IMG/VR virus record: IMGVR_UViG_3300013121_000016
Span: 1-64,000 of that record
Strand: one strand, 5' to 3'
Source: a virus
Lineage: Duplodnaviria > Caudoviricetes
Length of the DNA stretch: 64,000 nt
In this document: positions 28,264-39,839 of the stretch, piece after piece
How positions within the stretch are numbered: the first letter of the stretch is position 1
How the letters are laid out: every line of letters begins with the position of its first letter
Notes under the pieces: model-generated
What the model was told of the DNA's origin: nothing
What the model saw: only the letters and a program-made list of their open reading frames with translations
The model's database searches: none
Translations under genes and position numbers: made by a program

Positions 28264-31200
28264 TCATGTGGGTGGTGGAATCACCTTCCATGGGTTGAAC
28301 CCATAGAGGGTTTCAAACGCGACACCTAAAGCCTCCAACTTCAGGCGCACGTCAGCCACGTTTTCAGATTGCTTAAAGAGCTCCTTCGACCGTCGAAGGA
28401 AGTCCTTTTGGAGCTCCTCTTTTGTCGGTGGATTTCTCTTAACTGTGTAACGGCTGAGCAAAAGTGTGCTCAAGCAAACAAACCCCGACAAACCCAGAAT
28501 AAATAACCAGGTTGCGGGATCTCCCGAAAAAATTAAATCGTAGATCTGCATTTATCTTTCAACATTAGTTCCAAATGTATCGCAAATTACGTCAATTTCA
28601 CGCAGTGTCAAGATGAGACCAATTGCGTCGAAAACGACTAATCCTTTGACGATATCTGTAGACACGTGATTGACATCGACGTGCCGGTTGATTGTTTCTA
28701 TCCAGACCCGCTTCGTTTCGATCTGGAGTTGCCAAGGCAATGTGATCGGGATGTACGAAGGGCTGTCTGTACTGCAGTCCGTAGTATACAGAAACTGCAG
28801 CATGATGAGACTTTTCATTTTCTATTAGGCATTGGGACCGGTTGAACAGGACAGTCCAGTGGCGCAAAATTCCTGAACTTTCGCATAAACAGCTGTTCAA
28901 GAAGAATCCTGGCTTGACCGATTTTTCGCAGGTGCTCATTATCCTTAAAGTCCAGGTAAACGTCAGGCGCATCGGTTAGGTATAGGCATTCCGTCCGCCC
29001 GTATTTCAACGTCATTTCCCACTTGGGGACTACGATTTCCACGCCAATGGCCACCTCAGTCATTACGAGGCGGAATGCGTACCGGTACTCTGCGGTGTCC
29101 TTGGAAAATCCCCATACCTGGTAGCCGGGGATTACCCCCAGCTCGTAGTAGAACTTATTTCCAATCTCACCGAGGTTGATTGGATTGATTTCCCCAGGCA
29201 GAGTTACGAAAAGGTCCGTGGGAGTGAACGTAAATTTGGAGTAAGTTACTCCGCCTTCTGTTACGGACATCTTGATGGTATCCGGGATTGGGGACTTCTG
29301 CGCTGTACAGGCAACCGCTGTGATGAGCAGTGCCAGCATAATGATGGATTTTTTCATGTCGATTGAATTTTGTTGATGAGATACTGTCTGGCTTGGTCCG
29401 AGCTGTGTCGGACGATGAGGTTAAACATTCTGGCTCGGTCAGTGGCCTCGTCGGCGCTGATCTTACCAGTACTGTACAGGAGCGTGTTGATCTCGATCAG
29501 ATCTTGAGATCGCAAGAGTTCCAGTGTGGAACCGAGAAGGTATTTAAGGCGCACGTTCTTTTGCGCCTTTAATGACTCAGCCTCCATTCGTGGAATCACA
29601 GTGTGTAGCACATGATTGAGTAAATCGATATACTCATTACGGTCTTTCGACGCGTAATGATACCGCAATGCGAGTTCCTCACTTTGGGTGCCAGATATCA
29701 TACCCTGGAGGGAGTGAAGAATCCTGTTTAATGTGGGGAGTTTCATTTCTTGGTGGTCCAACAGGATCAGGACCTCCCTTTTTATCATTTCGATGGTCAT
29801 AAATATATACAGACGTTAGCAAGATGACTGCCAAGACGGCGGTGGCGAGATTCCTTTCGGAGCGCCACAAAGAGGTGACGGCGATGTAACGACCACGAGT
29901 TCGTCGGTCGTCATTAATTATGGCTTCTGCTTCGTGATGGTCTTTGTGCCGGTCGGTGATCCTACCGAAGAACGACATTAGCCAAATCACTAGGAGCGCC
30001 AACGCGAGAATTGTAGCCATATGTAATGAATAATTGCAACCAACAACCCGGCAGCGAGCCAACACGCACCCCTTGCGTAAATAATTGGGCAAAAATGTGA
30101 TTTATCACCCACGGCCCAATCAGTTAGGAGGCTGAATGTAAGGAATAAAATTAGCGCTTTGTGGTAGTGCCAATAGGCCTTCAACTGGTGCATATGAAAG
30201 ATGCTGGTTTACGATTGAACGTATATTTGATAGCGCTCGGTAGGCACGTTGAATCAATCCAGCTCGATCGGTGGGCCCGAAGAACTCTTCGAACTCAACG
30301 ATGTTAGTGAACTGATCAGTAAGGTAGGTCACTGCAATAGCGTCGAAAAAGTCGACACCAAAGTCAGTGACCATCACACGGACGAATCGGGAGACTGTCA
30401 TGTCCACAGTCTCCCCGGTTATTAGTTTCATTGCAACTTAGTTCCGTTGTGTCTGATGAAATCGGTATCCGCCCATGTGGAATGTAGTATAGGCGTTACA
30501 TAACCTATCATGTTGCTCCCAATGTAGTAAAAGGTTCCGGTAGACCGGACGTCAATCCTATCATATTGGACGGCCCAACATGTGATGTCTCGGTCGCATA
30601 CTACAATTGCTGAGCCATCGGCAGGAGGGTAGATCTGGAAAAACATCTGTGCGCTTACCCCCATCCACGTTTTGAGGACGTTTTTACGCGACATATCGTT
30701 ACCGATCTTGGTCACAATACCGTAACTGAACACGACAAGTAGCGTAATGCCAATTGCGACGATTAAGGATGCCTTTTTCATACGCTCTGACTTCTTTCTA
30801 CCATAGCCTCCTGCCACTTGAGGTAGCAGTCGTACCTGACAAACAGTATGGTATATGGCTGGTGAGGCGCAAAAAAGTGCCGTGGGCCCAGATGATCGAT
30901 TTCTTGTATAGGCGCGCTGTCGACGATTTCAAAAAAATCTACGCCTACTATATCACGATATTTAAGGCAGACGTATGTCGGGGACATGTCCGGACCCAGA
31001 TGGCAAATAAACAATTCGAATGTCTCCTGAGCTTTTGCCCAGTCAACGATGCCGTCCGATGCCGTCGAGTCGCGGACGAGTTGGAAAACTGATGGTGCCA
31101 TAGCTATAGCGGTTTAGAAGGTGATCGTTGTTGAACAGTAGGATTTCTCCTCTGCTCGGTTTGACGAAGACTGTGAACATCTTACCTGCACTTACGAAGC

Positions 31201-34200
31201 AGGAGTCACACTCCCAGTACCCTGAGATTGGATGTCCATCGATGTTCAAAGAATCAGATGAAAAGTAGTGGCGGGCCTCAATCCCGCTACAATTTTCTAC
31301 GGTATTTCCGTAAACGACGCAGGAGCGACTCGTAACGAGTTCGCCCACCCATTCTGCCGGCCACTGTCCATTGGGCAGTGAGATGGGCGTCACGCAGCCC
31401 GTCAGGACTACGCAGAGAAAAAACAATTTCTTCATAGATTGACGTTAGGTTATCGCGATTGAATAAATTATTCCACATCGCTCTGTTAGTTTGTAGTGAA
31501 CGCAAACGACGGACTTCAAAGGCTGTCATTTGCCTTATAAATACGCCGGGTTTATTGAGTATTTCTCCGTTTTCGACGTGGTAGCGCTTACGCCCAGCCC
31601 CGTCGATGTAAAAGGCTTCCCCTTCGTCATCATATACACGCACGAGTACGTGTTTATAGATGATTTTGGGTCCGCCGAATAAGATGTCGAACATATGGTT
31701 TTCCAGCATTACGCTGGCATTTAACCCCATCTCCTTCTTGAAAAGGTCATAGAGCAAGAGCGCAACGGCGCCACAGCCTCCCCAATTCACGTAGTAGCGG
31801 GGCTGTAGCTGGAGGCGACCGATGACTGCGCAAACGTATTCAAGCTGATGTTTCTGCATAACAAAATAAAAAGCCCCTACGCTATTGCAGCGCAAGGGCC
31901 AATTAAAAGTAATGGTTCCTGTCTTTATGCGAAGTTACAATCGCTCAATGAGGCAACGGGGCGGGTAGTGTTCCCGCAAGTACAAGTCTTGGACGGTGTA
32001 AATATCCGTAGCATTCAAGGCCTTGATTGCCCGGACAGAGTTACTGTGGGCCTCCTGGATTTTTTCGCAGCGCTCCTCCGCTTCACAGTACGTCGTAACG
32101 ACGTCTATGTACAGAGTGTCGACCTGCAGGTCGGACATGTCGTCCTGACACCAGGTGAAGTCATACGAGATGTACGTGGCTTTGACTTGTTCGCTGCAAG
32201 GCTCTTCCTGCTTAGCGCAGGCTTGATGGCCGATCGCTGCCAGTCCGAGTACGGCGAGCAGCAGGGTTGTCAGAAATGTGTTTTTCATGCTTGTTAAAGT
32301 ACCATTTGGACTTGCCCTTAACGGATATTTGAGCGAAGTCATTTTTAGAGATGAATAAGGAAGCACCTGGACACTCGATCCAGTACTCCTTACATGATTG
32401 TTTGAGTGAAATTGCCGGGGCAGCGACGTAAGAGTCATGACTGGGCAATATCACTGTCCGGTTAATAATAAGGATGTATCCGGCATCCTTGTTAACCGTG
32501 TCGGGTGTGGGCGAGGTGTGGCTAAATCCGAAAAGGAGCGCCGCACCCATCAAGGTAAGTGGGTTCATTAGTTCTTTACGTAGAGTCTTGTTGTGCGACC
32601 GTTGACCCATTCCACGCCGTTGTTGTATACTTGGATCGTGTCGGGGATGTCATCGGGGACGAAAATGTAGCGGTTAATCCAGTGGCCGAAGATCGGCTTG
32701 GATAACCCAAGAATTTTATTCTCGTAGAATTCCCAGGCCACCTCCCGATCAAGCTCGACCTTGAGGATTTCCTCGCGGTAAAGTTTGTTAGTGGTGAGCT
32801 GATATTCCTCGATCGGGTCCCCCAGATCATTGATCCAAGGGTAGTGCGGACTGTAGGTCACGCTTTGAGGCACAGGCGCCTTGCAGAAGACTGCGAGCAA
32901 TGCGATGAGGAGCAAGGCGCCCCCCGCAAAAATGAAATTTTTCATTGAAGATATGGTTTGAATGTGAAAAGTTCAAACTGGTGCATGATTCACATGGATA
33001 TCCTCCTTCCTAGACCTTACGGTCCCCCAGTACTTGGAAAAGCTGGGCGTCAAGTTATATCCATAGGGGAGAGCTAGAATTAACTAACCCTCCCCAGTGT
33101 GCCATTAGTGGCATCCGGTCTGATTGCCCCCGGATAGGCGTCTGTTAATGATACCTAATGTGTCATTGGTTGTTGCTTTTTGAATGTAAAACGTGCTGGG
33201 TTATACTTCTTTCCAGTTTCCTAGATCCTCCCCACTTAATCATTAAAAGTTACACCGGCTCACCGTTAGGCCGTAGAAAAGGAACATCGAAAGCGTTAGG
33301 AAGAGGTGCCAGTGGGGTGGGCACCGTTGGGCGAATGGTTTGGATCCTTGGCCGAATTTTGGCTAAGATCTTCACCAGGACTATCAAACAACAGGAATAT
33401 GGCATAAACGAAGCATCCGCATAGAATGATGTTGGTGATTATGCGGGTGCTGGAATTTATCGGATTGACCATCTCAAACTCGTTTATAACATGTAGCTGG
33501 CCTTCGAGGTACCCCATACTAAAGGGGACTGCGAAGACAACGGCAATGCGCAGCAGAAAATAGGCAATCTTTTTCATCAGTGGTCAATGATTAAGTATGA
33601 CGGGGCATATTGTCGCCACATTACTAGGCGGCCTGCCTTCCAAATGATACTCAGACAATCCCCAAGATTGGGGTCCTGGTAGTACTCTCCTATCCATCCG
33701 TTACTAAAGAACAGTACAAGGGCTTTGTTCCGCACCTTAGTACTGTCAATGTTGAAGGTTAGTGACGTCAATTGGAGAGACTTCTGGTTGACCTTCAGGC
33801 TAAAATCACAGTTGTTGATGACTGTGATAGTGTCGTTGGACACCATGTAGGCCTGTGTAAACCTCACATCCTGAGCCTTAGAGGGTACGTCCCACAGCAG
33901 GAGCATGAATGTGATCAGTGTTACTACAAGAAACCACGGGAAATATTCCTCGTGGCCATTTTTGAACCTGATGCGCGGGATGAATATTGCCCCAAAAGGG
34001 TACTCGTTGGTCCGCGTAATGGGGTTGAACACCGCGATCATCGGGAGTAAAATGGCATACCCTACGGCTACCAATCCCATGAAGAGGTCTAAGATGGGCA
34101 CAAAATCGTCAGGGTACCCCACTGATTGGTATCCAAAGATTACAAATGCCAGCAATCCCGTAAACAGTACGAGATTTGCGGTTGCGAAAATATTACTCTT

Positions 34201-34620
34201 TCTCATTGTTGATGCAGATGATTAAAAACGTGATTGTGGCGCCGTAAAACGAAAATGCGATACCGCTGAATGCGACACGAGCTGGGCCGGTGAATACGCT
34301 GTAGCCTATTATTCCTAAAGCTAGGAACGTAATGGCAAGGATCGATAGGCCGATAATCCGGCCTGTTCTTGTTATTCTCATTCGAAATATCCTATTCTGA
34401 TAAGTTCATAATGACACTCAAGTTCTGTACGTGTATCGCCGCGTACAGCGGCTTTACCGTACTCTTCGAGCAGCTTGTCAATTTCTGCTCTTTTGATCCG
34501 TCGATTTGCCCAGGCAGGGACAACTACGCCCATAACATAAAGCATGAGACACCCCATCCCTATTCCTAGGCACGCGAAAAAAGCATGGAGCATTATCCGC
34601 GTCACGTATTCGTTATTCAT
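28264..34620 (-). CDS. Cluster of about 19 small hypothetical proteins, many membrane or lipoprotein (e.g. 28815-29357 and 31043-31435 with lipoboxes; 28264-28551, 30428-30781, 32568-32945, 33296-33577, 33577-34206, 34193-34381, 34378-34620 with TM or signal peptides)
   Basis: Chained ATGA/TGATG overlaps, N-terminal hydrophobic segments; no recognisable enzyme motifs. Confidence 0.6.
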
Positions 34621-34912
34621 CGATTAACTTGTCGATTACCTGTTTATTGTACTCCTCTTTCGCCCAGAAGGCATCCACGAGCTGCTTGGCTTCCTTTAGG
34701 CCATAGCCCAGATGCTCAAGGCCGAGTTTTACCTCTTTTACTGCCTTGAGCTTGTCATTGGGATTACGCCGGCAGCACTCTTCAATAAATTGATTTTCGT
34801 CCCTGAACTGCTGGAACAGATGCTCCAATTCCAGACGACCAATCATGTCATACCTGTTAAGGAAATACAGTTCCTTCAGGTAAGAAAGTTGCTGTTTAGT
34901 GAACTTTTCCAT
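34613..34912 (-). CDS. Protein with ribosomal bL12 (L7/L12) C-terminal-like domain
   Basis: DKLKAVKEVK...GYGLKEAKQLVD resembles KxxVIKxVR..TGLGLKEAKDLVE. Confidence 0.7.
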   Translation of the reverse strand: MEKFTKQQLSYLKELYFLNRYDMIGRLELEHLFQQFRDENQFIEECCRRNPNDKLKAVKEVKLGLEHLGYGLKEAKQLVDAFWAKEEYNKQVIDKLIDE

Positions 34913-34915
34913 TGT

Positions 34916-35737
34916 CTAGTGGAGATTGCCCTGGACCCAGATGATGAGGTCCTGGAGGTGATTGCGCTGGAAGCGCGTAAACCAGAGTTTACCGGCCTCG
35001 AGCTGGTTAACTTTTTCGGCAAGCGCGTCCCATTGGACAGCTTGGTCGTCGGTGAATATCGGCGAAGTGAGGCGCTCGGATACAGCATCCCTGAACGCCT
35101 GCCATCTTTCAATGGTGGGGCCGTCGTTTAATGCGTTCCAGAGCTCGGACCATTTAGTGGCCCGTTGCTGTTCTTCGACCTCTTTGTAGAAGTCGGCAAG
35201 CAGTGCGTCTTTCAGTTCGAGCCACTCCCGGACGATGGCTTTCATTTTTTCGATGCGATAGGCCTCGGAGTTCGACGTAAATTTCTTGGATGCCAGTATG
35301 TCCACGTAATCCAGGAACTCTGTTCCCAGGTACTTGTGGAAAATGTCAGCCAGGCGCCGCATCTCCTCGACAGGATAGGTAAGCTCGCGCTCCATCTTCT
35401 CGAGGGCCTCAAAGACCCGTACGAAAAGAGCATACTCGTTTTTTGGCTTGTCCTCTGCCACCACATTCGTGATGTACACGAACTGATTTACTCGGACGTC
35501 GCCTGTAAGGTAAATCTTCGGCATCCTGTCGACAAGCTCCATTAAAGCCCAGTTTATACTGGACTGGATGCGCAGCCATTCGCCGAATTCGATGAGACCC
35601 ATGTTGTATTGTTTCCTTCCGTTGTTGTACCGTGCAGCGAGAAGCAAGGCGTCGGAGTGGTGTGGAGTGACGTGCTCCAGGGCACGCTCAGTTTGGCCCT
35701 CTTGTATAAGGACCCGGATCTTTTCTTTAAGTGTCAT
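34916..35737 (-). CDS. EAD11 (effector-associated domain 11)-like N-terminus plus helical domain
   Basis: IRVLIQEGQTERAL..DALLLAARYNNGRKQYNMGLI..EW..IQSSINWALMELVD. Confidence 0.7.
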   Translation of the reverse strand: MTLKEKIRVLIQEGQTERALEHVTPHHSDALLLAARYNNGRKQYNMGLIEFGEWLRIQSSINWALMELVDRMPKIYLTGDVRVNQFVYITNVVAEDKPKNEYALFVRVFEALEKMERELTYPVEEMRRLADIFHKYLGTEFLDYVDILASKKFTSNSEAYRIEKMKAIVREWLELKDALLADFYKEVEEQQRATKWSELWNALNDGPTIERWQAFRDAVSERLTSPIFTDDQAVQWDALAEKVNQLEAGKLWFTRFQRNHLQDLIIWVQGNLH

Positions 35738-35748
35738 GATGGTTGATT

Positions 35749-37233
35749 TTATCCCAAGCGATCTTTCTTCGTTCTTGGGGAGTTTTTTAAATAGTTTGAT
35801 GCAAAATCTGGTTGGACTTTTTCAATTGCCGAAATATGGGCTGCCAAACGCTTAATTTGAGTAGGTCCGACGCGATTGTCCCTGTCGATCACTTCCGGCA
35901 CGCCCCACTTCTTGACGCGCATTGGCTGCGTGAAGAACCAGTCTCCAAAGCCGCAGTCAAATCGCCATCCAGTAAGCTGGCACGCCCGATCAATCCTAGC
36001 TTGCAGGACGTTGGCATACTCAATGTTGACTTCATCGAGTTTTGCCAAAAATTTGGTGATGTTAACTTTTGACATGTCTAATTTAGTGTTAAAAAATACC
36101 CTCACGCAGAGGCCAATGGATTCTATCCAACTGTGGCATACGTGAGGGTCAAAGGGATATAGCCCATCAGCGGGCGGCGGCATTCGTCCCTTTACGGTTC
36201 TTAATACTCCAGTGTCAGATACCCTTGACTGGAAGGGAATGTCCAAACACTGCCACCACGACCTTTACGGCCATTGATGTGTTCTTGAGGGATTGTTTCA
36301 TACGACCAATGTGGGTGTTCTTCCCTCCAGGCAATAGCATTCGCCCATTTCCTAATGCGTTCGTAGACCTTCACTGCATCTTCACGTGATTGTGTTATGA
36401 AAGGGCGATGTTGTGGTACCTTAAACCCGGTACAAGACACCTCATAACGAGGACCTTGTTCGGTTTTTATCAGTTTAATCCACATTTCGATTTCTGCCTT
36501 AGTTTCAGGGACTACTTTGATAAAACTGCTGCAAACGTTCATGATAGTTATGATTGTTTGTTTTTCTTTATTTATTCTCGAATAAAGAATACGAGCCAGG
36601 TTTTCAGGTAAACCTAGATTTAAACCATTTGCTTGGGGTTGTCGCGATTAAGTGCGATTATTCAGAAATCTCTATTTGTTGAAAACTACGCGCAGGACGT
36701 GATCGGAGCCATCCTCCAATCCGGTTAAGTACACTTGGGCCGACAGTGGATTGATGTCAATCTTTACCCGCACAAACGTGGCAGGCATGTTGACGACGTT
36801 GTTAGCGAGCGTCGCAAGGAGTTCGCTGAGGTTCTTGTTGAACTCAATTTGCGGAATAATCTGCTGTACCTTACTCATGTGATATAAAATTGAGGGGAGA
36901 TTTCTCTCCCCATTGTTATTTGTAGAATACGAGAATTGCGGGCGATGCGGCGATGAGTGCGGCCAATACGATAGCGGCCAGAAGAATAATATCCTTAATG
37001 GTTTGCTTGCGCATAGTATAAGTTATTTAATTGTTTGAGAATATGCACTGGATGATCTCGCCGTCGTGCTCATCATCGCCAGCAATAAAGCGGCGATTGA
37101 GCCGGAATAGAACCGTATACGTGGCACGGCCTGTTAGGAATGTTTTAAACAATTCATACATGGCGTGAAAATTTAGGCGTTCAAAAAAATGTCGGGTAAA
37201 TAGGGGCAGGCTAAACAGGTTATTACTATCCAC
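35749..37233 (-). CDS. Several small hypothetical proteins (35749-36075, 36201-36542, 36672-36878, 36916-37014, 37027-37233)
   Basis: Same-strand ORFs with AT-rich starts. Confidence 0.5.
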
Positions 37234-37774
37234 CGTTAACGGCGGGTGCTGTTGTTGCTTTGGCGAACGCGGGCAAGGTCAACAGGTATTCTTTGACGGA
37301 CGCCGTATCTTTTACGGCGTCCAGCACTTTGTTTTTGGCGGGCGTCAGGTTAATTAACCGTTTTCCGACCAATGCGCCGCTTTTGTAGGTCGGAGCTTCC
37401 TTGCCCGGTTTGGCGGGTACAAAGTAAGCCTTTATGACCGCTTTGCCCCCGTTGGTGGCAAGTGCGAACAAAGTGCCGAAGTCTACGGAAAAAGGTGAGC
37501 TGACGGCACCAATGGAAAGTTTCGTTTGGAAATTCCCCAACTCGGTTGCTGGTCTCTCCAAATCGGTGTCGTCGCGGTAAATACCGTAACTCACGGCGAA
37601 AGTAGAGTCTGGGTGCAAAGAAATTTCCAGACCGTCGGGGCTATCTACCAACATTTGATAAAATGTTGGGTCAATAGCATACGGACTTTCCCCGCCCGTG
37701 AGTGATGCGATACCGTTGGCAATACGATCAAGAAATTCCAAAGCATTAGCCGTTTCTTTAATACGCTTATACAT
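37226..37774 (-). CDS. Hypothetical protein, first gene of the leftward block
   Basis: MYKRIKETANALEF, preceded by AT-rich initiation region. Confidence 0.6.
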   Translation of the reverse strand: MYKRIKETANALEFLDRIANGIASLTGGESPYAIDPTFYQMLVDSPDGLEISLHPDSTFAVSYGIYRDDTDLERPATELGNFQTKLSIGAVSSPFSVDFGTLFALATNGGKAVIKAYFVPAKPGKEAPTYKSGALVGKRLINLTPAKNKVLDAVKDTASVKEYLLTLPAFAKATTAPAVNGG

Positions 37775-37916
37775 AAGTAAGGAATTTAATTTTGTTTGCA
37801 ATAGTCCTACCCCTATTGCTAGGCTATCAAATAACCCGCTACACGTTTGCAGCGGCATTTGAAACTATGTTTTCAAGATTAAGTACCAATGATAAAAAAA
37901 CCACTGGTACGAGCCT

Positions 37917-38050
37917 ACCCCCATTTGTTCCGACAGTTACGATAGGGGGGTATTTTGTTGGGGGGCACCATCTTTAACACACATACATCCCGGGCGTCAT
38001 CTTTAATACTCGCGTATCCGGGGGGGGGGGGCAGATAAGACCAGGGGGGT
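37917..38050. repeat. G-tract cluster at the transcription divergence point
   Basis: Several G5-G7 runs and one run of about 13 G (38020-38032). Confidence 0.8.
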
Positions 38051-38085
38051 ATCTTTCACTGTCACGCAAAATTAATTTCCAACTA

Positions 38086-38117
38086 TTTGCATATCACTCA
38101 TTAAGTTCGTATCTTTG
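38086..38117 (+). promoter_or_regulatory. Bacteroidota sigma-A-type promoter (near-leaderless ORF 38122)
   Basis: TTTG-N20-TATCTTTG, perfect consensus. Confidence 0.8.
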
Positions 38118-38121
38118 TTAC

Positions 38122-38361
38122 ATGAAACAAGAAGAACTAGATCAAGCAATTAAGGAGATGGAAGATCTTCGAGCCCATCCAGCAGGGGTGCTTAGGCAAT
38201 ACCCTAAAACGTCAGCGGCACTTGCTGCTATCATTTATCTTTCTCTTAACCCCGAGACCGACCTAGATGATTGGGAAGTCTTACTGGCTAATACTATGTG
38301 GTCAGAAATCTTTCCTACTGATGGAAAAAATGGTTTAATTAATGCCGCTAAAGACAACTAA
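38122..38361 (+). CDS. Hypothetical protein
   Basis: ATG 4 nt after the -7 element. Confidence 0.6.
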   Translation: MKQEELDQAIKEMEDLRAHPAGVLRQYPKTSAALAAIIYLSLNPETDLDDWEVLLANTMWSEIFPTDGKNGLINAAKDN

Positions 38362-38515
38362 ACACGCTCCCTTCACCTCTATGTTCATAGGCGGAGAATG
38401 GGCTTGCAGACTTCAATTCTAAGTACGAAGAGCTTAAAATTGAGCCCTCTCAACAGGTGTAAAAGCCGTTAGGGCTATTAGTTTTAAAACTTTTTTAAAA
38501 ATAGTTGTGTTTTTA

Positions 38516-38548
38516 TTTGGTGAAAACACAAAAGTTTTTATATCTTTG
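38516..38548 (+). promoter_or_regulatory. Bacteroidota sigma-A-type promoter
   Basis: TTTG-N21-TATCTTTG. Confidence 0.8.
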
Positions 38549-38549
38549 T

Positions 38550-38890
38550 ACTTTAGTCCAGGAGACTCTACAGGTTTCCTTATCAGCCCCGAGAAGCCTA
38601 AAGCGAGTTAGGGGTTCAGAAGTCGGATTAGTAGTTCCAAATAGGAACGAGGTTTTCTCCGATAGGACACAAATGGTTATGCTATAAAGGATAGGTGAGA
38701 GTTGGTTCACTGTAGTGTTAAAGAGGACCCTTTATTTCTTTAACAGCCTTCTCGAGGTTACATGCACTGCCTATAACGAAATGTATAACTTAAGATTCTA
38801 CAAGAGGTGGTAGCCAGACCGCTAGGGGACTCCTATGTTAGTTTCCTACCCACCACGCCCTTCAAAGGGCGCCGCTTGCAGCGGTTGGAA
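38550..38890 (+). ncRNA. Candidate structured leader/ncRNA
   Basis: About 340 nt without a credible ORF, with consecutive hairpins. Confidence 0.4.
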
Positions 38891-38907
38891 GAAAGTTTAA
38901 ACAAACG

Positions 38908-39285
38908 ATGACGATAAATTTTAATGTTTCCGAGCAAGCTTTCTTGGACAAATACCTGGCACTGATATCAGCTTTGCGTACCTCTGACAAGCAAATCTCT
39001 CCTCTAGAGAAGGAAGTTCTAATAGCTTTCTGCTTACTTCCTTCTCGCTTTAACTCTTTCCCCTTATCTCCTGCAGGTAAGAAGCAAGTACTGTCTTCAC
39101 TTTCGATGTCACTAGCTTCTCTTCACGCTAAGATATATTCCCTACTGTCTAAAGGTTATCTATTAAGGGAGGAGGATAAGACTATTATTATTGCGCCTTT
39201 TATTAGGCAAGCACTCAATTCTTTTAGGAATAATTCTAACTATGAGTTTATATTTACCTTTTCACTCGACGGCTCCACTGATTAA
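38908..39285 (+). CDS. Putative winged-HTH protein
   Basis: ISPLEKEVL...MSLASLHAKIYSLLSKGYL. Confidence 0.55.
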   Translation: MTINFNVSEQAFLDKYLALISALRTSDKQISPLEKEVLIAFCLLPSRFNSFPLSPAGKKQVLSSLSMSLASLHAKIYSLLSKGYLLREEDKTIIIAPFIRQALNSFRNNSNYEFIFTFSLDGSTD

Positions 39286-39691
39286 GCAGACGGCTACTTT
39301 AACTGATATTCCGAAGCATATTGTTGAGGATGTAGTATTACATCAGTTTGCGTGGCTCAAGCAGAACCTAGAGTTTCCTACGGCCACTGAGATTAAGCTG
39401 CTTCGGTTAGGCACTTTTTCCTTGCATAAAAGGATTACGTATGAAAATATTTCTAAGATAATTTCTCGCTTAAAGAGGAAAGATTCGTATCTTTACACTA
39501 ATTCTAATGAAGAGAAGTTAACTAAGCTTCTCAATAACTTATTATTACTTCGACACTATGCAAAAAAGTCAAAAAGGTCCCGCGAAGGCTTCTTCGGTCT
39601 CCCAAGAAAATCTTCAGCAACTAATTCAATCTCAGATGATTCAGCAGCAGATGCAACATCAGAACCATCAGCTCCATCTGGACACTCTTAA
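39242..39691 (+). CDS. HU/IHF-like DNA-binding protein
   Basis: LIKQTA..TDIPKHIVEDVV...EIKLLRLGTFSL. Confidence 0.65.
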   Translation: MSLYLPFHSTAPLIKQTATLTDIPKHIVEDVVLHQFAWLKQNLEFPTATEIKLLRLGTFSLHKRITYENISKIISRLKRKDSYLYTNSNEEKLTKLLNNLLLLRHYAKKSKRSREGFFGLPRKSSATNSISDDSAADATSEPSAPSGHS

Positions 39692-39839
39692 AACTCTTAC
39701 GGAGCTCTTCACTGCCACTAAGCCCGCCTCCTCGACTGAGGCAATTTCTCCACTTAATGAGAAGGTAGCGACCGCTCTAGATCATCTCCTCAAACCGTTC
39801 CTTCCTCAAGAAAACGAAATCACTGATGACACTATCTAA
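39558..39839 (+). CDS. Gln-rich hypothetical protein
   Basis: Operon-packed ORF. Confidence 0.5.
   Translation: MQKSQKGPAKASSVSQENLQQLIQSQMIQQQMQHQNHQLHLDTLKTLTELFTATKPASSTEAISPLNEKVATALDHLLKPFLPQENEITDDTI

Noticed and set aside
29354-29800. Second EAD11-like protein (GKISADEA motif)
   Set aside because: Similarity is too short to support the call.
16737-37774. Whole genome in code 4 (code-4 host)
   Set aside because: Numerous ATGA-coupled TGA stops and a TGA directly before a hairpin show TGA terminates here; promoters are Bacteroidota-type.
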